Shown here piece by piece: positions 57,771-64,000 of a DNA stretch of 64,000 nt. Every line of letters starts with the position of its first letter. Positions within the stretch are counted from its first letter, which is position 1. The position numbers and the translations under genes are program-made. This DNA comes from the human T2T-CHM13v2.0 reference genome, Homo sapiens: assembly GCF_009914755.1 (NCBI RefSeq), contig NC_060937.1. One strand, given 5' to 3'. Below the pieces are notes generated by a model. The model made no database searches. It was not told where the DNA came from and saw only the letters and a list, made by a program, of their open reading frames with translations.

Positions 57771-59289
57771 AAATAATAAACTGTAGTGGGGTCAAGCTGG
57801 GCCTGGTAGCTACTGCTGATGCTATTGAATTATGGTGAGTTAATCTAAGCAAGAAGCTCATGGGCCATGTAATTCACCCCAAGAAATGTTTCTGAAGTTG
57901 TACGGGTTTTTTTGGCATTGATTACAGGTTTAACGACTTTTACTCTCAAAATGCTTAATTCACATTACATATGTGTGTATGTTTGATTACACCAATGTTT
58001 CTGCATACTACTGCAAAATACTCTTTAAAATCTGGGGTCACATCCTGTTTCACAGATCTGATAATGAGTAAAGCCAAACTCTTAGCTCATGTTTGGGTAT
58101 CTGGCCTCCATTAAGCTGCTGTCTCTATTACCACATAGTCCATTCAACATTCTCTCAATGTCTTGGAGGTGTTAGGGCAGAGGCTGGCACTGTACGTATT
58201 AATAAGATGTCCGGCTTAGTGACAGGAGGTCTTGTTTATTATAATGAACAAATGAAGGTGTTTCAAGTATATTTATGTGGCTGCTTAAGAGCCAACCTCC
58301 ACTGCTATGAGACTTAGTAAGAGGTGGCTACCAAGGACCTGCTCCTGCAAGCCTGTTCCCAGGCTCCCCCAAGCATGGCTCTGGGACACGGTGAGAGCTT
58401 TCTGTGAGCTTGTGTGAGACTCAGTCCCAGACAGAGGCTGCCTCCCACTTCTCAGCTGAATCTTGGGCTTTGGAAACCCTATTGTGTGCCAATATAATCA
58501 ACCTACACATGATGTCACAAGACAGAGAAAACACTATAAATGGTATCCAAGTTCATGGCACTGAGTCTCCAAGGGCTGTGAGAGAAAAGGTTGGTAATGC
58601 TGGCATGATTGCTTGGCTGAAAGAAGGGCCATGGCAGGAAAGATGTAACTGAACTGAAGATGCAGCCACTGCTTCAACGTAAGACCTCACCTCGTTAATT
58701 TGGGTGATCAGAAAAGCAGACATTACCTCCTCCTGTCAATCGCCTTATTTTGGTGAATTCTTAAATAGCCTCTTAGCCACTGTTGTGACTCAATAATTGT
58801 GACCTTCTAACAGTTACCATGGAAAGAATTCCTAGATTATAAATAATGACAATGTGAGTTTCCTAGTTACCAAGTGTATTTATAAAATGAATTCCAAAGG
58901 TACATGACATTTAATTCCAGCCTATTTTTAGACACTAAAGGATAATAAAGGAAAATACTTTTTTTCCAGAAGAGGAAGAATTGTAACATTTTTCCAAATC
59001 TAGTTATAGAGCAGCACATCTATATGACTATAAGGAAAAAAAGGGGGGTTTTAGTAATATACTGTCCTTGGCAATTTAAAGGGAGCATTTACAATAATAC
59101 AGATTTCACAATTAAATGGAGTCTCCAAAATCATGTATAGAATTTGATCTATACAAATTATCTTGGAAATAAAAAGATATAGTGTCCTTTAATAATTTTT
59201 TAAACACATAAATTGGGAAGACTTTTATGCCTTCTACTTTACAAAGTATTTCTTATTAAAGGAAATCATTATGTTTCATAAAGAACTCT

Positions 59290-59427
59290 TTCTTATTTTT
59301 TTTAATAGACATGATAGGGTCTTGCTGTGTTGGCAAGGTTAGTCTTGAACTCCTGGTCTCAAGTGATCCTCCCATCTTGGCCTCCCAAAGTGCTGGAATT
59401 ACAGGACTGAGCCACTGTCCCTGGCCC
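59290..59427 (-). mobile_element. FLAM-type Alu monomer
   Basis: Single left arm with tail; perfect 15-bp TSD TTCATAAAGAACTCT at 59275-59289 and 59428-59442. Confidence 0.92.
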
Positions 59428-59799
59428 TTCATAAAGAACTCTCGGAAGCACAAGTTTACCTAGTCAAAGAGTTACAATCCAAGAAAGGGGAGTGAAGATT
59501 CTGAAGGAATACATTACAAAAAAGAAAAGCTACTAAATGGTGTCTAAATCACATTTTAGTGTGCTGCAGAAATGACAGTTCAAAAAAAATTAGAGCAATG
59601 GAAATACAATAATTTTTATGTCCTGTCTAGTATTTTGTCTTTTCCAAACACTGTTCCAGGAGATACTTCAAAGAAGTTGATGTATAATGTTTCTTAGACT
59701 TGCATGCAATGGTCTCATAATTGAAACATTTTCTTCTTTCTGAATCTTGAATCAAATCCTATCTCTTGTCCATACTCTGAAACATGAAATTTGAGAATG

Positions 59800-60138
59800 G
59801 CTATGGTCCCTTTCTCCATCTTGAAAGCCAGCAACAGCAAATGGAGTCCTCCTCACATTGCTTAATTCACATTCTGTGATCACATCACCGTGACCTCTTC
59901 CATCCCAAGTCTCCCCCAGACTCTCACCTCCTGCCTTCTTCTCCCTCCGATGATGACCCTTGTGGTGACCTTGGTTCCACCTGGATAACCGAGGATACTC
60001 TCTCCATCTCAAGATCTTTAGCTTTTAACTTAATCACATCAGTAAAATCCATTTGCCACTAAGGTAGAACATACACAAGTTCTGGAGATCAGGATGTGGA
60101 CCTCTTTGGAGAGGGGGACCATTATTCTGCCTGCCACA
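59800..60138 (-). mobile_element. MLT1 (MaLR) LTR fragment
   Basis: CCACCTGGATAA...CATCTCAAGATC...TAATCACATC...CATTATTCTGCCTGCCACA. Confidence 0.8.
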
Positions 60139-61057
60139 AGCATTTGTTTATTCTCTCAAAAATATTTCTTGAATATCTACTATATTCTTGATACAGTGCT
60201 GAACAGATGATTAGAAGGAGAATGGAGGGTTACCAGGGTATCTATGCATAAGTCTAGTAAAGGAATCAAAGGACTGGTGTTTGGGGCCTAGCATTTTCCC
60301 TTCTAATGCTTTTTCTATGTGTTACTCATTTTCTTCTTTCTTTTCTTCCAAATCTATAGGAAATCACAGTGTTATGAAATTAAAAGGTATTTTTGACTAA
60401 ATATAATAATCACATTAATTAGTTTAGTTAATAGCAGGCAACTCATTATCCAAATTACAGCTCAATGTACTAGAAACAAATTAATACAAATTTTGTAATG
60501 ATGCTAGTTGCAGGTCAATTTTAGTTCCAGAAAGAAGCCATGACTAGCAATTACATGCCTTCCTTTCTTTTCAAAGCTGTCATCTTTGAAGCATCCTCAA
60601 ATGTTTGAAATAGAACTGGGTCAGATCTAGAAGCTAAAGTTTAGTGAAAAGACCATCATCATCAAATTCTGAGAATGCAAGGGAAATCAAGTCAATTATC
60701 AGCATCCCTGTAGATTTGAAGGTCATTAGAAACAGCAATGATCCTTACATGTCAGGGCAAAGACATAGCAGATTCCAGAAATGCTCAGAATATTCGACAA
60801 AATTCTGCCAGTGCCACCCCAGACTACAGCAGACTACAAAAGCCAATGCCTTTGCAACAAACAGGAAGGGGACATGGAGGAAGAGAGAATGGAAATTTGC
60901 AGCAGACAGCTGGGATCCCACACAGCAGTAGTGGCCATGGGAACTTGTACCAATGCCTTCATTGTGGTGCTGAATTTTTTGTTAAATGAAGGTTTTGAGC
61001 TGTTATCAATCACCTCTAAGATTTTTTTTTCATTTAAAAAGTATATGTCTTTGTCTG

Positions 61058-61565
61058 CAGTTCTCAAGTAATTTGGTCTCAGGATCCCTTTACCTTCTTA
61101 AAAAATTATTGAGGACTCCACAAAGCTTTTGTTCATGTAGGCTATATCTACTGACATTTATTGTATTAGAAATTAGGGCTTAGAAAAAAATTTTAAATAG
61201 TTATTAACTTATTTACAGTTGATAACAAACCCATCACATGGTAACACAAATAACATATTTATTAAGAAATAACTCAAAACCAAAAACATTTACAACAGAA
61301 TGGCATTGTCTGATAGCGAGGGAAATTCAGCCAGATATCGGGCAACTTCCAAAATCGCTTAGATGTCTGGCTGAATAGAAGAAAGCTGAATTCTTAGACC
61401 TGATTCTATATTTCATGTGTTTTGCTATCACAAGTCATACAGTCTTGGGAAGCTCCATCTGTGCTCTCATGAGACAAAGAAAGTGAAAAGGCAAATGACG
61501 CCTCAATATTATTATGGAAGTAGTTCTGAACTCTCAAAATCCCTAACAGGATCTTGGGGTTCCCC
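61058..61565. mobile_element. MER119-like hAT-Charlie DNA transposon
   Basis: GTTCTCAA...TTGGTCTCAGGATCCCTTTAC...ATTATTGAGGAC...GAAAAGGCAAATGACG. Confidence 0.7.
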
Positions 61566-61819
61566 TCAGTATGTTCTACCATCAGGATTTAGTGGTGCCT
61601 CCCCACCGGGGGAGTGATCTGTGGGGTCTTCTGGAGTCTTCTGAAGTGGGAATGATTCAAATCCAGCTCATTGGTCTATACTGTTGGTTCTCATTCCTGC
61701 TATGAAAGCCATAGCTCAACAGTCTAATAAGTTCTTCAAGGTCAAGAAGAACCCAGGTCCTATCCCTACTGTTGCATTTCTTTCTTGCACTTTTCACTAT
61801 TCCTCATAGTACCAGGTAA

Positions 61820-62150
61820 CTGACATGATTTCAAGCATCACAGGCATGACAATCATTATCTTTGACTTCCTTTAGGGATTTTTGTAAGAGCAAAGAAATA
61901 TTTCCCAAATCTCCCAGCAAACCTGTTCTGTAACAGGTAACTAGTAACAATTGGACCATGTGCCTTTACCTAAACCCAATTCTAAAGAGAAGAATCAGCC
62001 TCCAGGATGGACTTAAGCTAAGGCAGGCTCACCCAACAACTGCAGCTGGACCCTGGTTGCCCTAAAGCTGTGGCTACATGAAAGAGAACTTGTACTTTCT
62101 TTGTAGAACTGGCTGTGGCTAAAAGGCAGGCAACCCACAGTTTCTGGCAC
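61820..62150 (-). mobile_element. Probable old MLT1 LTR remnant
   Basis: TTCCCAAATCTCCCAGCAAAC...CCTAAACCCAAT...GGCAGGCAACC...CTGGCACA. Confidence 0.4.
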
Positions 62151-62315
62151 AAAGGATTTCATAAGTTATAATATAGATAAGAAACAACTGAAAGAATACT
62201 TTAGCCCCTTAGAAAAAGATGAGTTGATCCTTTCATCACACCAACTTCTCTGTCTAGATGATTAAAGGTGGCCTCCTTTGTACTTGAATGGCACAACATC
62301 CACCAGAATTTAGGG

Positions 62316-63116
62316 TTATTCATTTTTATGCCTGCATACTGTTCCATAGTGTATATATACATTTTCTTTATCCAGTCTATTACTGATGGGCATTTGGGTT
62401 GGTTCCATGACTTTGCTATTGTAAACAGTGCTGCAATAAACATACATGTGCATGTGTCTTTATAGTAGAATGAATTATATGCCTTTGGGTATATACCCAG
62501 TAATGGGATTGCTGGGTCAAATGGTATTTCTGGTTCTAGATCCTTGAGGAATTGCCATGCTGTTTTCCACAATGGTTGAACTAATTCACATTCCCACCAA
62601 CAGTGTAAAAGTGTTCCTATTTCTCCACAGCCTTGCCAGCATCTATTGTTTCTTGACTTTTTAATAATCGCCATTCTGACTGGCATGAGATGGTATCTCA
62701 TTGTGATTTTGATTGGCATTTCTCTAATGATAAGTGATGTTGAGCTTTTTTTCATATGTTTGTTGGCCACGTAAATGTCTTCTGTTGAGAAGTGTCTGTT
62801 CATACCCTTGGCCCACTTTTTGATGAGATCAAATCCTTTACAGGGACATGGATGAAGCTGGAAGCCATCATCCTCAGCAAACTATCACCAAACCAAACAC
62901 AGCACATTCTCACTCATAAGTGGGAGCTGAACAATGAGAACACATGGACACAGGGAGGGGAATAACACACACCATGGCCTGTTGGGGGATGGGGGCGAGG
63001 GGAGAGAAATTAGAGGACAGGTCAATAGGTGCAGCAAACCACCATGCCACATGTATACCTATGTAACAAACCTGCATGTTCTGCACATGTATCCCAGAAC
63101 TTAAAGTTAAAAAAAA
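62316..63116 (+). mobile_element. 5'-inverted L1PA: antisense ORF2 piece 62316-62825, sense 3' end 62823-63116
   Basis: Minus ORF 62201-62803 is the ORF2 C-terminus; sense 3'UTR and poly-A; TSD AGAATTTAGGG at 62305-62315 and 63117-63127. Confidence 0.94.
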
Positions 63117-63135
63117 AGAATTTAGGGCTTTTAAA

Positions 63136-64000
63136 CATTTTTATTATATATTGTCAAACTACAGTTATATGTATTTATGGGATACAAGTGATGACATAAT
63201 TTTTAAATACAACACGGAATAATTAAATTAAGCTAATTAACATACTCATCACCTCAAATATTTAATATTTTTGTGATAAGAACATTTGAAATGTACTCTC
63301 TTAGCAAATTTAAAGTGCACAGTATTCAATTATTAGCTATTTTCACCATGTTGTGCAATAGATCTCGAAAACAAACAAACAAACAAAAAAACAGTTATTC
63401 CTTTTATCTAATTGGGGTTTTGTGCCCTTTGTCTTTCCTCTACCCCTTCTCACAGCAACCTCTGGTAACCACCATTCAACTCTCTGATGCTATGAAAGCA
63501 ATTGTTTTAGATTCCACACATAACTGAGAACAAGCAGTTTTTGTCTTTCTGTGCCTGGATTTTTCACTTAGCATAATTACAAATTTCATCCATTTGCTAA
63601 AAATGACAGAGTATCTCCCTTTTTAAAGGCTGAATAGGATTCTATTGTGTACATACACCACATTTTCCTTATCAATTCATCCATTGATGGACATTTAAGT
63701 TGATTCCTTCACTTGGCTATTGTGAATAGTGCTGCAGTAAACGTGGGAGTGCAAACATCTCTTCCATGTACTGATATCAAGCCCTCCAGGTAACTACCCA
63801 GGGATGGAATTGCTGGATCATACGATAATTCTATTTTTAGTTTTTTGAGGAAGCTCCAAACTATTTTCCACAATGGTTGTGCTAATTTACATTCTTACAG
63901 TGCACAAGAATTCTCTTTTCTCCACATCTTTGCCAATAGTTGTTATCTTTTGTCTTTTTGATAACAGTCTTGTTCTAAGAAGTATGAGGTGTTAACTCAT
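63136..64000 (-). mobile_element. L1MA-type 3' end, continues past the window
   Basis: TTAAGCTAATTAACATA...CCTCTGGTAACCACCATTC...GAATTGCTGGATCATA. Confidence 0.88.

Noticed and set aside
61598-61618. CTCF-like CCACCGGGGGAGTG
   Set aside because: Departs from the consensus at core positions; cannot be supported without ChIP data.

Overview
Human or great-ape genomic DNA, intergenic or intronic and rich in repeats. I find no supportable host protein-coding exon. The long ORFs in the track come from L1 ORF1/ORF2, decayed ERVL pol, THE1 internal sequence, Alus or simple repeats. The most distinctive item is a 256-bp, near-intact insertion of mitochondrial 12S rRNA (NUMT) at 28143-28398. From memory a NUMT of this size and mtDNA interval lies on human 13q33-34 (MYO16-IRS2 interval); I could not verify this. 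Other notable structures: four 5'-inverted (twin-primed) L1s, three with breakpoints within about 60 nt of each other in L1; a complete two-LTR THE1 element with its target-site duplication (TSD); an old ERVL/LTR16 provirus split by a 4.5-kb L1PA and an MST LTR; a ~36-bp MER11-like fragment that forms a hairpin inside a DNA transposon; a G-rich minisatellite inside an Alu; a ~750-bp TA-rich array; and an E-box/CRE/AP-1 cluster. I did not find evidence of a new multi-gene system. Repeat subfamily names are from recalled consensus sequences, and boundaries of old elements are approximate.
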